Shown in pieces: positions 40,664 through 50,216 of a stretch of 64,000 nt of DNA; the first letter of the stretch is position 1; each line of letters begins with the position of its first letter. The notes under the pieces are model-generated. The model worked only from the letters and a program-made list of their open reading frames with translations. It was not told where the DNA came from and did no database searches. The stretch is from Alphaproteobacteria bacterium. Lineage in GTDB: Bacteria; Pseudomonadota; Alphaproteobacteria; MPNO01; UBA830. The DNA lies in contig OZ219790.1 of assembly GCA_964291215.2 (NCBI GenBank), positions 1,024,001 through 1,088,000 of the forward strand, in the 5' to 3' direction. The translations under genes and the position numbers were made by a program.

Positions 40664-41564
40664 CCGCGGCCGCGGCGTTCGGAACCCCGGTGGCCCGCAT
40701 GCGGCGGATACGGCGCGGATCGGCGTCGAGAATCTCGAACTCGATTCCCGACTGGTGGCGGACGATCTCGCCGCGTCGCGGCACGTGGCCGGCCAGATAG
40801 AACACGAGCCCGCCCAACGTGTGGAAATCCTCGGTCCGTTCGTCGTCGGTCAGGAACGCCCCGGCCTCGTCCTCGAAATCGGCGATTTCCACCCGGGCAT
40901 CGACATCGATCATGTCGCTGCCGCGACGAATTAGGCGCGGACGGTTCTCGTCGTCGTGCTCGTCCTCGATCTCGCCCACGATTTCCTCGACCAGGTCCTC
41001 GATGGTCACGAGACCGTCGATGCCGCCGAACTCGTCGACCACTAGCGCCATGTGAACCCGCTTCACCCGCATCTGCAGCAGCAATTCCAGCACCGGCATC
41101 GACGGCGCCACGAAAAGGAGTTCGCGTATGATCGCCGTGACGTCACCCGGTTGATTGCCGTTGCGGCCGGCAAGGAGGTCCTTGATGTGGATCATGCCGA
41201 TGACATCGTCCAGCCTGTCCCTGTAGACCGGCAGCCGCGAATGCCCACAATCGCTCATCAGCCCTCCGACCTCATCGAGGGACGAATCCATGGCGACCGC
41301 CACGATGTCCGCCCGTGGCACCATGACGTCGTCCACGGTGACGTCGCGGATGCTGAGGACATTACGGAGAAGTACCAGTTCCTCGGCATATTTCGCCTGC
41401 GGCGAGTCCTCCTGCTCGATCAGCTCCTCGATGGTGTCGCGAAGATCGTCGCTGCCGTTGCGTGATCGGAACAGCATGCGCAAGGCATCGCGGAAACGCG
41501 GCGTCCGGTCGCCCGAACCGTCACGCTGGCCGCCGCGCCGCTGGCCGCCGGGACCGGGTTTCAT
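40653..41564 (-). CDS. corC: CorC/HlyC-family CBS-domain protein
   Basis: DVMVPRADI, HSRLPVY, VVDEFGGIDGLVTIEDLVEEIVGEIEDEHD. Confidence 0.9.
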   Translation of the reverse strand: MKPGPGGQRRGGQRDGSGDRTPRFRDALRMLFRSRNGSDDLRDTIEELIEQEDSPQAKYAEELVLLRNVLSIRDVTVDDVMVPRADIVAVAMDSSLDEVGGLMSDCGHSRLPVYRDRLDDVIGMIHIKDLLAGRNGNQPGDVTAIIRELLFVAPSMPVLELLLQMRVKRVHMALVVDEFGGIDGLVTIEDLVEEIVGEIEDEHDDENRPRLIRRGSDMIDVDARVEIADFEDEAGAFLTDDERTEDFHTLGGLVFYLAGHVPRRGEIVRHQSGIEFEILDADPRRIRRMRATGVPNAAAADGC

Positions 41565-42076
41565 GCCGGTTCGCGCCGCATCGGCGCCCCCTGGTCGCCA
41601 TACGGGTCAGCGATGCCGAGCGCGCCCAGCGCCCGCGCCTCGCGCCGCTCCATCTCCCGCGCCTCGTGATCGGTCTCGTGATCGTGACCGAGAAGATGCA
41701 GGATGCCGTGAACCATCATGTGGCTGACATGATCGGCGAGCGTCATCCCGTCATTCCGCGCCTCTCTCGTCAGGGTTCCGAAGGCAAGCGCGATGTCGCC
41801 GAGGAAGCCGCCGCGGGCACCCGGCGCCGCCCTGTCGACGGCAGGGAACGAGAGTACGTTGGTCGCCCGTGCCCGGCCCCGCCAGCGGGTGTTCAGCCGT
41901 GCCATCTCGTCGTCGCTAGTCAGCAGGACACTCACCTCGACCCGGGTGTCCTGCAGGCCGGCTTCTGCGAGCGCCGCCGCCGCCGCCGCCCGGACCACCG
42001 CCGCAACCTCCAGTTCGGGATCGCGCCACGAATCGTCGTCGATCCTGAGATCGACTACCGGTACGATGTCAGGCAT
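41561..42076 (-). CDS. ybeY: rRNA maturation endoribonuclease YbeY
   Basis: TNVLSFP, LGDI, HGILHLLGHDH; start re-called at 42076. Confidence 0.95.
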   Translation of the reverse strand: MPDIVPVVDLRIDDDSWRDPELEVAAVVRAAAAAALAEAGLQDTRVEVSVLLTSDDEMARLNTRWRGRARATNVLSFPAVDRAAPGARGGFLGDIALAFGTLTREARNDGMTLADHVSHMMVHGILHLLGHDHETDHEAREMERREARALGALGIADPYGDQGAPMRREPA

Positions 42077-43076
42077 TTCCCTCACGATCGCTGCCGTCCG
42101 CATCATAAGCCTCGACAATCCGCGACACGAGTTCGTGACGGACGATGTCGCCGGTGCCGAAACGGGTCGTCGCAACGCCAGCCATCCCGTCGAGCGTCCT
42201 GACCGCATGATGAAGTCCAGAAACCGCTCCGGTCGGAAGATCGACCTGACCGAGATCGCCGGTAACCACCATGCGTGCGTTCTCGCCAAGCCTGGTCAGG
42301 AACATCTTCATCTGCACGACGGTCGTGTTCTGCGCCTCGTCGAGGATCACGAATGCGTTGGACAGGGTACGGCCGCGCATGAAGGCAAGCGGCGCAACCT
42401 CGATCTGTCCGCTCTCGAGGCGACGATCCACCTGGTCGGGACCCATGACGTCATAGAGTGCATCATAAAGCGGCCGCAGATAGGGGTCGATCTTGTCGCG
42501 CATGTCGCCGGGAAGGAAACCGAGCCGCTCGCCCGCCTCGATCGCCGGGCGGGACAGTACCAGCCGGTCAACGCGGCCGGAAACCAGGAACGACACGGCC
42601 ATGCCGACGGCGAGGTAGGTCTTGCCGGTCCCCGCAGGGCCGACCCCGAACACCAGCTCGTTTTCGCGCAGGGTCCGCAGATAGTGCGCCTGACCCGGCG
42701 AGCGCGGGGAAATTCGCCGCTTCGGCGTGCGAATCCCGATCTCGGCGTCAAACAGCGGTGGTTCCTCGTCGGCGTCGTATTGGCCGGCGCTGCGTGCGAG
42801 ACGGATCGCGGCGTCGACTTCCGCGATGTCGATCTCCTCTCCCCCGGTCAGACGAACATAGAGCGCCTGAAGGGCCTTGCCGGCAGCCGCCACCATCGAC
42901 GGCGCGCCGGATATCGTGACGCTGTTGCCGCGCGAGGAAATCGACACGCCCAACCCCTGCTCCACGCGTGCAAGATGGCGCCCGAAGTCGCCAAACAGCA
43001 TGGGCAGGAGCCGATTATCATCGAATTCGAGAAACAACGGCTTCGCGACGCCGTTCGATGTCAGGCCCGGTCTCAA
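42069..43076 (-). CDS. phoH: PhoH family ATPase (YbeZ)
   Basis: [31 protein letters not shown]; TTG start overlaps the miaB stop. Confidence 0.95.
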   Translation of the reverse strand: MRPGLTSNGVAKPLFLEFDDNRLLPMLFGDFGRHLARVEQGLGVSISSRGNSVTISGAPSMVAAAGKALQALYVRLTGGEEIDIAEVDAAIRLARSAGQYDADEEPPLFDAEIGIRTPKRRISPRSPGQAHYLRTLRENELVFGVGPAGTGKTYLAVGMAVSFLVSGRVDRLVLSRPAIEAGERLGFLPGDMRDKIDPYLRPLYDALYDVMGPDQVDRRLESGQIEVAPLAFMRGRTLSNAFVILDEAQNTTVVQMKMFLTRLGENARMVVTGDLGQVDLPTGAVSGLHHAVRTLDGMAGVATTRFGTGDIVRHELVSRIVEAYDADGSDREGNA

Positions 43077-44482
43077 GCAGCCGCCACCCCCGATGATGCT
43101 TCGCTCCCGGTGCCGACGACACCGGCGGCAAGCGAATTGGCGTGCCCGGCCGTGATCTCGACATCGATGACCCGCCCCATGGCCCCGTCGGCCTCGGCGG
43201 CGCTCGCAAAGTCCGTATGGACTGCCTGCATCCATGGGCTGCGCCCGGCAAGCTGCGATTTCCGGCGCCCGCGGCGGTCGAACAGCACCGGAACGCGGCG
43301 GCCGCGGAACCGGCGGTTGAAGCTGAGCTGCTGATCCGCGAGCAATGCCTGCAGCCGCTGCAGGCGTTCGCTCCTGACGTCCTCGTCGACCATCTCCTCC
43401 ATCGCCGCCGCCGGCGTCCCCGGCCGCGGGCTGAACATGAAGGAGTAGGCTTGCGCATATTCGACTCTCCGCACCAGATCCAGTGTCTTCTCGAAGTCCG
43501 CGTCGCTCTCCCCCGGATGGCCGGCGATGAAATCCGACGACAGCGCGATGTCCGGACGCGCCGCGCGAAGATCGTCGACGATGCGCAGATACTCGTCGGC
43601 CCGGTAGCGGCGGTTCATGGCCTCAAGAACCGCATCGGAACCGGACTGGACCGGCAGGTGAAGCCACGGCATGAGCTTGTCCACATCGCGATGCGCGGCA
43701 ACCAGATCGGCTGTCATGTCCCGGGGGTGCGATGTCGTGTAGCGCAGGCGCAACAGCCCGGGAATGTCAGCCATTCGCCGGATCAGTTCCGCAAGGCTGC
43801 ACTCGCGGCCATCGGCCAGCAGGCCGTGATAGGCATTGACGTTCTGGCCGAGCAGCGTGATATCCCGCGCGCCGCCAGCGACCAGCCTGCGGGCTTCGTC
43901 GAGTACTGCGTCGACCGGGCGCGAGTATTCGGCGCCGCGCGTATAGGGCACGACGCAGAAGGCGCAGAACCTGTCGCACCCCTCCTGGACGGTCAGGAAC
44001 GCGGAAGGCCCCTGGCCGCCGGACTCGGGCAGAAAATCGAACTTGGGTTCGGGCGGAAACTCGGTATCGACGATTCCGCGTCCTGCGCGCGCGCCGGCGC
44101 CCGCTGTCTGTTCCCGCGCGATACGGGCCAGCATCTCCGGAAGCCTGTGATAGGTCTGGGGGCCAAGCACCAGGTCGACATAGGGCGCCCGGCGCAGGAC
44201 TTCGCCGCCTTCGGCCTGGGCAACGCAACCTGCCACCCCGATCATGAAGCCGCTACGCCCGCCACCCGGCCGGTCACGCATGGCGCGCAGACGCCCGAGT
44301 TCCGAATACACCTTCTCGGCCGCCTTCTCGCGGATGTGACAGGTATTGAGAATGACAAGATCGGCATCTCGAGCATCGTCAACCCGACGATAGCCAAGCG
44401 GGGCCAGCACGTCCGCCATGCGGGTGGCGTCGTAGACGTTCATCTGGCAGCCGTAGCTCTTGATATGGACGTTCTTCGTCAA
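43073..44482 (-). CDS. miaB: tRNA-2-methylthio-N6-dimethylallyladenosine synthase
   Basis: [18 protein letters not shown], radical [15 protein letters not shown] domain; start uncertain (TTG 44482). Confidence 0.96.
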   Translation of the reverse strand: MTKNVHIKSYGCQMNVYDATRMADVLAPLGYRRVDDARDADLVILNTCHIREKAAEKVYSELGRLRAMRDRPGGGRSGFMIGVAGCVAQAEGGEVLRRAPYVDLVLGPQTYHRLPEMLARIAREQTAGAGARAGRGIVDTEFPPEPKFDFLPESGGQGPSAFLTVQEGCDRFCAFCVVPYTRGAEYSRPVDAVLDEARRLVAGGARDITLLGQNVNAYHGLLADGRECSLAELIRRMADIPGLLRLRYTTSHPRDMTADLVAAHRDVDKLMPWLHLPVQSGSDAVLEAMNRRYRADEYLRIVDDLRAARPDIALSSDFIAGHPGESDADFEKTLDLVRRVEYAQAYSFMFSPRPGTPAAAMEEMVDEDVRSERLQRLQALLADQQLSFNRRFRGRRVPVLFDRRGRRKSQLAGRSPWMQAVHTDFASAAEADGAMGRVIDVEITAGHANSLAAGVVGTGSEASSGVAAA

Positions 44483-44702
44483 GGGAGCATCACGCGCCGG
44501 TGCAACTTCTCCTCGCTGAATCCTGTCGGCGCTCACGAACCGGCTCCGCTTCGACGTTGCATCAGCGCTCGTCACCTCCGGTCCTTTCCCGCGACGCGTG
44601 ATCCCGGCAGCGGCGAATGCGGGATGGCATGCGGAAGAAACGGAATCTTCATCTAGCACAGTCGGAACGGCTGTCAAGGCGCTACCCGGCCGGATTCCCG
44701 GA

Positions 44703-45653
44703 TCAGAACAGCGCCTTGTCCGGCGCCGCCTCCTCGCTGCCGACAGCCCGGGCCGAGGCGGCTGCGAGCGGAGTTTCGCCCGCCCCCCCTTGCGAACCCG
44801 GCCGCGCGGCGGCCCGTCTGGGCGCTCCGGACCGTTCCGCGGGCAACGCCTGGCCGCTCCGGTCGGCGAGCTGGTCCAGGCGGCCCGAGTTGGCCGTCGA
44901 AACGCCTTCCGAGACGATTTCGAAACAGTGATCGGCGAGTCTCTTGCGTGAACCGAACTGTTCGATGGTCACCGGCTCGTGGAACACGACATCGACGGTT
45001 ATCCGGCCCAAGCCCACGGCCGACCAGCAATGGGCCAGCAGCGGAGCATCTCCGTACCACGCAAAAAGCGGACGCATTGCCCGTCCTATGGGCATTCCGT
45101 CGAGACGGGTATAGGCGATCGATACCGGCCGTACGGGAAGCGGCCGTTCGCGGGGCCGGATCTCGGCGACACTGAACAGGGCGCTCTTGAACGGCAGCAC
45201 GACATTGCCGTTCGAGCTGGTGCCCTCGGCAAACAGGATCAGATTGGCGCCGGTCTCGAGGCGCCGCACCATTTCGTCCCGATGTTCGGTCGCCCGGCGG
45301 CCATGGCGGTCGATGAAGACGGAGCGCTGAAGCCGCGCCAGCATGCCGAAGAAAGGCCAGGTCGCAACCTCGCTCTTGGCCACGAAGGAGGCCGGCAGCA
45401 ACGCCCCCAGTATCGGAATATCGGCATAGGACATGTGGTTGCAGACATAGAGGGACGGCCCGTCGGTCTCGGCGCATCCATGAGTGCGGATAGAAAAACC
45501 CAGGATGCGCACGCACAGCCGGTGATAGAAGACAGGCAGCGCGGTTGCGAGGCGCAGGTTCGCGCGCACCGCTATCACCTGCACGGGCAAAAGCGCGAAA
45601 GTCAGGATCACGTAGACGAGCACGCGGCTGAGGGCGCGAAGCGGCGAACTCAT
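44703..45653 (-). CDS. olsA: lysophospholipid / lyso-ornithine lipid O-acyltransferase (OlsA-like)
   Basis: NHMSYAD (HX4D), FVAKSEV, FAEGT; overlaps the olsB-like gene. Confidence 0.8.
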   Translation of the reverse strand: MSSPLRALSRVLVYVILTFALLPVQVIAVRANLRLATALPVFYHRLCVRILGFSIRTHGCAETDGPSLYVCNHMSYADIPILGALLPASFVAKSEVATWPFFGMLARLQRSVFIDRHGRRATEHRDEMVRRLETGANLILFAEGTSSNGNVVLPFKSALFSVAEIRPRERPLPVRPVSIAYTRLDGMPIGRAMRPLFAWYGDAPLLAHCWSAVGLGRITVDVVFHEPVTIEQFGSRKRLADHCFEIVSEGVSTANSGRLDQLADRSGQALPAERSGAPRRAAARPGSQGGAGETPLAAASARAVGSEEAAPDKALF

Positions 45654-46495
45654 GAGCCCGTGCCTTCAGCCCGGCCGCCCCCATCCCTGCCGCTGCTGCG
45701 TTCATAATGCCGGTAGTACTTCCGGGTTACGAGATCGGTCTTCACGACGATACTGATGTCGGTGGTGTTGAAGGCATGGTCGATGACCGCGCCGTCACCG
45801 ACAAATCCCCCAAGGCGCAGGTAGCCCTTGATCAGCGGTGGCAGTTCGGTGACCGCCCGACGGCGGTCAATGTCGCTGGCAGCCAGGATCTGCATGTCCA
45901 CCCTCCGCCCGGCTATCGCTTGCGGGCGCATGTCCGGCGGCGCGAGATGAAAATGGTAAAGATAGGACAGTGGCAGCGCAAGCCGCGCCGGCTCGGTCCC
46001 CGGCATGCTCGCGCAGCCGAACATGATCTCGATGCCGTAACGAAAGACGTACTGGGCGATGCTCTGCCACAGCAGTTGCATGACCGACCGTGTGCGGTAT
46101 TCCGGCTCCACACAGGACCGGCCGAGTTCAAGCGTCTCACCTGCATGGTCGATGACGCTGCCGATCTCGAACTCGTCCGAAGAGTAGAACCCGCCATGCC
46201 GCACGGCCACCGAACTGCGCAGAAGCCTGTAGGTGCCGACGACGCCGCTGGGCAGGTCGTCGCGGCTGGCGTCGACGACGAGGAGATGATCGCAGAAGTC
46301 GTCGAACCTGTCGAAATCACGGCGCGACCTGGCCACCTCCGCCGATGGTATCGCCGCCATCTCGTCGTAGAATACGCGGTAGCGCAAAGCTTGGGCGGCC
46401 GCGACCTCTTCGTCCGTCCGCGCCAGCCGCCCCTCGAGTCCCCCTACGAGGACGGGTTCGAAGATTGCGGCGGCATCGTCAGCGCCGAAGGTCAA
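45650..46495 (-). CDS. olsB: ornithine N-acyltransferase (OlsB-like GNAT)
   Basis: AAQALRYRVFY, DFDRFDDFCDHL, LELGRSCV, LPPLIKGYLRLG. Confidence 0.85.
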   Translation of the reverse strand: MTFGADDAAAIFEPVLVGGLEGRLARTDEEVAAAQALRYRVFYDEMAAIPSAEVARSRRDFDRFDDFCDHLLVVDASRDDLPSGVVGTYRLLRSSVAVRHGGFYSSDEFEIGSVIDHAGETLELGRSCVEPEYRTRSVMQLLWQSIAQYVFRYGIEIMFGCASMPGTEPARLALPLSYLYHFHLAPPDMRPQAIAGRRVDMQILAASDIDRRRAVTELPPLIKGYLRLGGFVGDGAVIDHAFNTTDISIVVKTDLVTRKYYRHYERSSGRDGGGRAEGTGS

Positions 46496-46537
46496 GCACT
46501 GTCCCCTGCGCGAGAACGGCCGCCAGGCTGCCCCTGC

Positions 46538-46969
46538 TCATGCCGCGTCATCATCGGTCTCGACTGGCACGCAGTAGAGTTCCAGGCGTTCACCGACAAT
46601 ACGAAAACCGAGGTTGGCGGCGATCCCGCGCTTGATCGCCTCGAGCTGCTCGTCCTCGAACTCGGTGACCTCGCCGGTACGGATGTTGATAATGTGGTGA
46701 TGGTGCCCTTCGCCGCGGCTCAGCGTCTCGTAACGTGCGCGCCCGTCGCGAAAATCGTGCCGCTCAAGAATGCCGACTTCTTCGAAAAGCCTGAGCGTAC
46801 GATAGACGGTTGCGATGCTGATACGATCATCGACGGCGCTGGCCCGGCGATGCAGTTCTTCAGCGTCCGGATGATCGTCGGAATCCGACAGGACCTGAGC
46901 AATAATCCGCCGGGGGCCGGTGATCCGAAGCCCCTTGTCCCTGCACAAGTCCTCGATCAAAGATGCCAT
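46538..46969 (-). CDS. fur: Fur/Mur family transcriptional regulator
   Basis: DHPDAEEL, ISIATVYRT, HDFRDGRARYE, HHHH. Confidence 0.92.
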   Translation of the reverse strand: MASLIEDLCRDKGLRITGPRRIIAQVLSDSDDHPDAEELHRRASAVDDRISIATVYRTLRLFEEVGILERHDFRDGRARYETLSRGEGHHHHIINIRTGEVTEFEDEQLEAIKRGIAANLGFRIVGERLELYCVPVETDDDAA

Positions 46970-47066
46970 GACCCATCCTTTCGGAAAGGTTAGGCGACCT
47001 GCACCGAACAGTCAATGAGAGGTGCAGTCCGGTGGACCGCACCCCATCCTGGCTCCGTTCTCTCGG

Positions 47067-47519
47067 CTACTCCGCAACCGGCGGCGCAGCCGGCACAGCA
47101 CCCGCGACATCGCTGCGGCGACGCTGCCGCCCGAGCCCGATGCGCTTGGCAAGTTCGCTGCGCTGTTCAGCATATTTCGGCGCTACCATCGGGTAGTCGT
47201 CCGGCAGGCCCCACTTCTTGCGGTATTCCTGGGGCGTCATTCCGTAGGCAGTTGCCAAGTGTCGCTTGAGCATCTTCAACTTGCGACCGTCTTCAAGGCA
47301 GACGATATAGTCGGGCCGCACCGAACTGCGGATCGGAACTTTCGGCTCCGGCTTTTCCTCGGGCGGAGAACCAGACAGCCTGGCAAGCGAGTCATGCACC
47401 GTCCGGATAAGGTCCGGCATTTCCTGAACTGTCACACTGTTGTTGCTGACATGCGCAGCAACAATTTCGGCCGTCCAGCCGATAATATCCTGACCCTCGG
47501 GTGTTGTCTCATCACTCAT
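47067..47519 (-). CDS. mucR: Ros/MucR family zinc-finger regulator
   Basis: TAEIVAAHVSNN, IVCLEDG...LKRHL, YRKKWGLP.DYPMVAP.Y. Confidence 0.95.
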   Translation of the reverse strand: MSDETTPEGQDIIGWTAEIVAAHVSNNSVTVQEMPDLIRTVHDSLARLSGSPPEEKPEPKVPIRSSVRPDYIVCLEDGRKLKMLKRHLATAYGMTPQEYRKKWGLPDDYPMVAPKYAEQRSELAKRIGLGRQRRRSDVAGAVPAAPPVAE

Positions 47520-47619
47520 AGTCTCGACCCCTGTTCAACCATTGTCAAAGCGACAATGCGTATTCTATACCACATTGGACAGCGTTGCAATACATCAGGT
47601 TTTCCTTTACTTGACAAGA

Positions 47620-47871
47620 ATGGAGCCCGCGAGACCGAATCGATTTGTCGATATCACCAGAGATGTCTGTCCGATGACGTATGTACGGACCAGGTTGCAG
47701 ATCGAAAAGATGAAATCCGGCGAAATCCTCGAGATCCGCCTTGTCGGCGCCGAACCGCTGCGAAACGTGCCCGAATCGCTCTCCGAACTGGGCCACGAGA
47801 TCCTGTCTCTTGCCGCAGAACCGCACACGTCAGGCGCTGCCATCCACAGGCTTCTCGTACGCAAGGCCTGA
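47620..47871 (+). CDS. TusA-family sulfurtransferase
   Basis: VDITRDVCPMTYVRT, GEILEI; about 83 aa. Confidence 0.85.
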   Translation: MEPARPNRFVDITRDVCPMTYVRTRLQIEKMKSGEILEIRLVGAEPLRNVPESLSELGHEILSLAAEPHTSGAAIHRLLVRKA

Positions 47872-47899
47872 CCGATCACGCCGCCGCCGCACCGCCGGA

Positions 47900-49141
47900 T
47901 CAGAACTGGGCCGTCCCCGCCGGCAGTCCGAGCAGCACCCGGCCATAGAGTGTCGAGCACATGTCCCAGTTCAGGCTGATATGTTTCGACGCGGCATGGA
48001 TATCGCGCCAGAAACGCTGGGTCAGACCGTCATTCGAGAGCCCGGCGCCACCGACACTCTCGAAAAGCAAATCGACCGCCCGGCGGGCAAGTCTTACCGC
48101 GTAGCTCAGGTCTCCCTTGTTGCGCGCCCGTTGACGCTCCGTCAGCGGGCGTCCCGAGGCCATGACGGCGAGAATGTCAGCACAGTCCGAGAGCACCAGG
48201 AGTTTCGCACCGTCGATGGCCGCTGCGGCCTCGGCGACACGCGTCTGAATGGTCGGGAAGTCCGCCATCCGCTGCGGCTGGCTGAGTGCCGCACCCCTGG
48301 TCCTGCGACTCCCGACCTGTTCGACATAGGTCTCCAGCGCGCCCTGCGCCATGCCGATCGCCGGTGCGCACAGACAGATCGTCACGGCGGCAAAGAACGG
48401 CACCTTCCACAGGTCGCTGCGATTGACCGACGCCCCGGGGGGACTGCCCGAAAGTGCGTCCGTGAGGGTCAGCATGCGATGCGACGGAACGAACCCGTCG
48501 TCGATCACGACATCGCTGCTGCCGGTGCCGATCAGGCCGACGACATCCCAGTTGTCCTCAACCCGGTATTCGGATCGCGGTACCAGGACGTAACCCTGGG
48601 TGTGGGGCTCGGTTTCCGCGTCCCGGGCTATGCGCACGCCGAGAATCATCCACTGGGCGTTGAGCACGCCAGAGCAGTAGAGCCATCGCCCACGCAGCCG
48701 ATACCCCTCTCCGGTCTCGATCGCCGTGCCGCCGGGCGAATAGGACGAGGCCGCGACCGCAAGCGCATCGACGCTCCAGACATCGGCCTGCGCACGATCG
48801 TCGAACATGCCGATCTGCCACTGGTGGAGGGCCGCCGTCGAATAGACCCAGGCCGTGGACCCACAACCCGCCCCGATTTCCGCGGCGCAGCGCACCAGCG
48901 TCCCGAAATCGGTCTCGAGGCCCCCGTACCGGGCCGGTTGGACAACCCGATAGAGCCCCTCGGACTTCAGATCGTCGATGGTTTCATCCGAAACCCGGCG
49001 CGCCCTCTCGGCGTCGCGCTGGCGCGCGCGCAACACGGGCTTGAGCGCTGCGGCGCGCGCGACGAGCGTCTCGCGGTCGTCGACGACGGGGGAAGCTGCA
49101 TCCATTGGCCCGTAACTGCCGGCTGTTTGTGATGCCGTCAT
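47900..49141 (-). CDS. flavin-dependent monooxygenase oxygenase component, acyl-CoA dehydrogenase fold (HsaA-like)
   Basis: QPARYGG, CGSTAW, GRWLYCSG, WDVVGLIGTGS, QRFWRDIH; start uncertain. Confidence 0.85.
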   Translation of the reverse strand: MTASQTAGSYGPMDAASPVVDDRETLVARAAALKPVLRARQRDAERARRVSDETIDDLKSEGLYRVVQPARYGGLETDFGTLVRCAAEIGAGCGSTAWVYSTAALHQWQIGMFDDRAQADVWSVDALAVAASSYSPGGTAIETGEGYRLRGRWLYCSGVLNAQWMILGVRIARDAETEPHTQGYVLVPRSEYRVEDNWDVVGLIGTGSSDVVIDDGFVPSHRMLTLTDALSGSPPGASVNRSDLWKVPFFAAVTICLCAPAIGMAQGALETYVEQVGSRRTRGAALSQPQRMADFPTIQTRVAEAAAAIDGAKLLVLSDCADILAVMASGRPLTERQRARNKGDLSYAVRLARRAVDLLFESVGGAGLSNDGLTQRFWRDIHAASKHISLNWDMCSTLYGRVLLGLPAGTAQF

Positions 49142-49338
49142 CGTGACACGCCTGTACAACGGGTCAAGCCGAACGGGGGCGTCTCGCCCGTCCCGCGATC
49201 GGCCGCCCGGAGGCCGTGCCTGGGCTGTCGCGGCGCCCGGGGGGGATGACCAGCGGACGGACAACAGGTAAATTCCTCCTGCGCGCCGTCGCGAAAACCG
49301 GCCGTCCGGCAGCAAGCCGCACGAGAGAAGGGGAGCGC

Positions 49339-50211
49339 ATGTCCTACGATACATGGGTCGAACTCCCGGAGCGGGGGGTCGTGGCGCTTGAGGGTGGCGA
49401 GGCGCGAAGCTTCCTGCAGGGGCTCATCACCAACGATATCGGCCTGATCTCGCCGTCGCGATCGATCTACGGCGCGCTGCTGACGCCCCAGGGCGGTTTC
49501 CTTCACGATTTTCTGATCGCCGACCTCGACGGAGTCTTGCTGCTCGACTGCGATGCCGGACAGATACCCGATCTCGTCATGCGTCTGGGTATGTATCGGC
49601 TGCGCGCCGATGTCCGCATCGACGATCGAAGCGACCACTGGCAGGTGCTGGCATTATGGCCGACCTCCGGAAGCCCGGGCGCAGCCCGGCCGTGGCTTGG
49701 CGGCATCGTCTTCACCGACCCGCGCCATGCAGCCCTCGGCGACCGCGCCATCGTGCCGACAGACCTGTCCGCCCACGATCCGCCAGGACAGCAGCGCGCC
49801 AGCGCCGAGCAATATACGGCCCGGCGGATCCGGCTCGGCATACCCGATTGCGCCACCGATCTGGTCGCCGCGCGAGAGCGGCCCCTCGAAGCCGGATTCG
49901 ACCGCCTGAACGGCGTCTCGTTCGACAAGGGCTGTTATGTCGGCCAGGAAGTGACAACCCGCATGAAGCACCGCCAACTCGTACGCCGGCATCTGATCGC
50001 CGTGGATTTCGAAGGTCCCGCCCCGGCGCACGGAACGCCCATCACGAGCGGCCGCGTCGAGGTCGGCGAGATCCGTTCCGGCATTCGCGGCCGCGCGATG
50101 GCGATGCTCCGGCACGACCGCATGGAAGATCGCCGCCTCACTGCCAACGGCCTGCCGATAGCGCCGCGCCTGCCGGTCTGGATGACGGATGGAGCGGAGC
50201 CGGAGCGCTGA
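49339..50211 (+). CDS. ygfZ: folate-binding Fe-S maturation protein YgfZ
   Basis: FLQGLITND, LLTPQG, signature KGCYVGQE. Confidence 0.95.
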   Translation: MSYDTWVELPERGVVALEGGEARSFLQGLITNDIGLISPSRSIYGALLTPQGGFLHDFLIADLDGVLLLDCDAGQIPDLVMRLGMYRLRADVRIDDRSDHWQVLALWPTSGSPGAARPWLGGIVFTDPRHAALGDRAIVPTDLSAHDPPGQQRASAEQYTARRIRLGIPDCATDLVAARERPLEAGFDRLNGVSFDKGCYVGQEVTTRMKHRQLVRRHLIAVDFEGPAPAHGTPITSGRVEVGEIRSGIRGRAMAMLRHDRMEDRRLTANGLPIAPRLPVWMTDGAEPER

Positions 50212-50216
50212 GCCGT

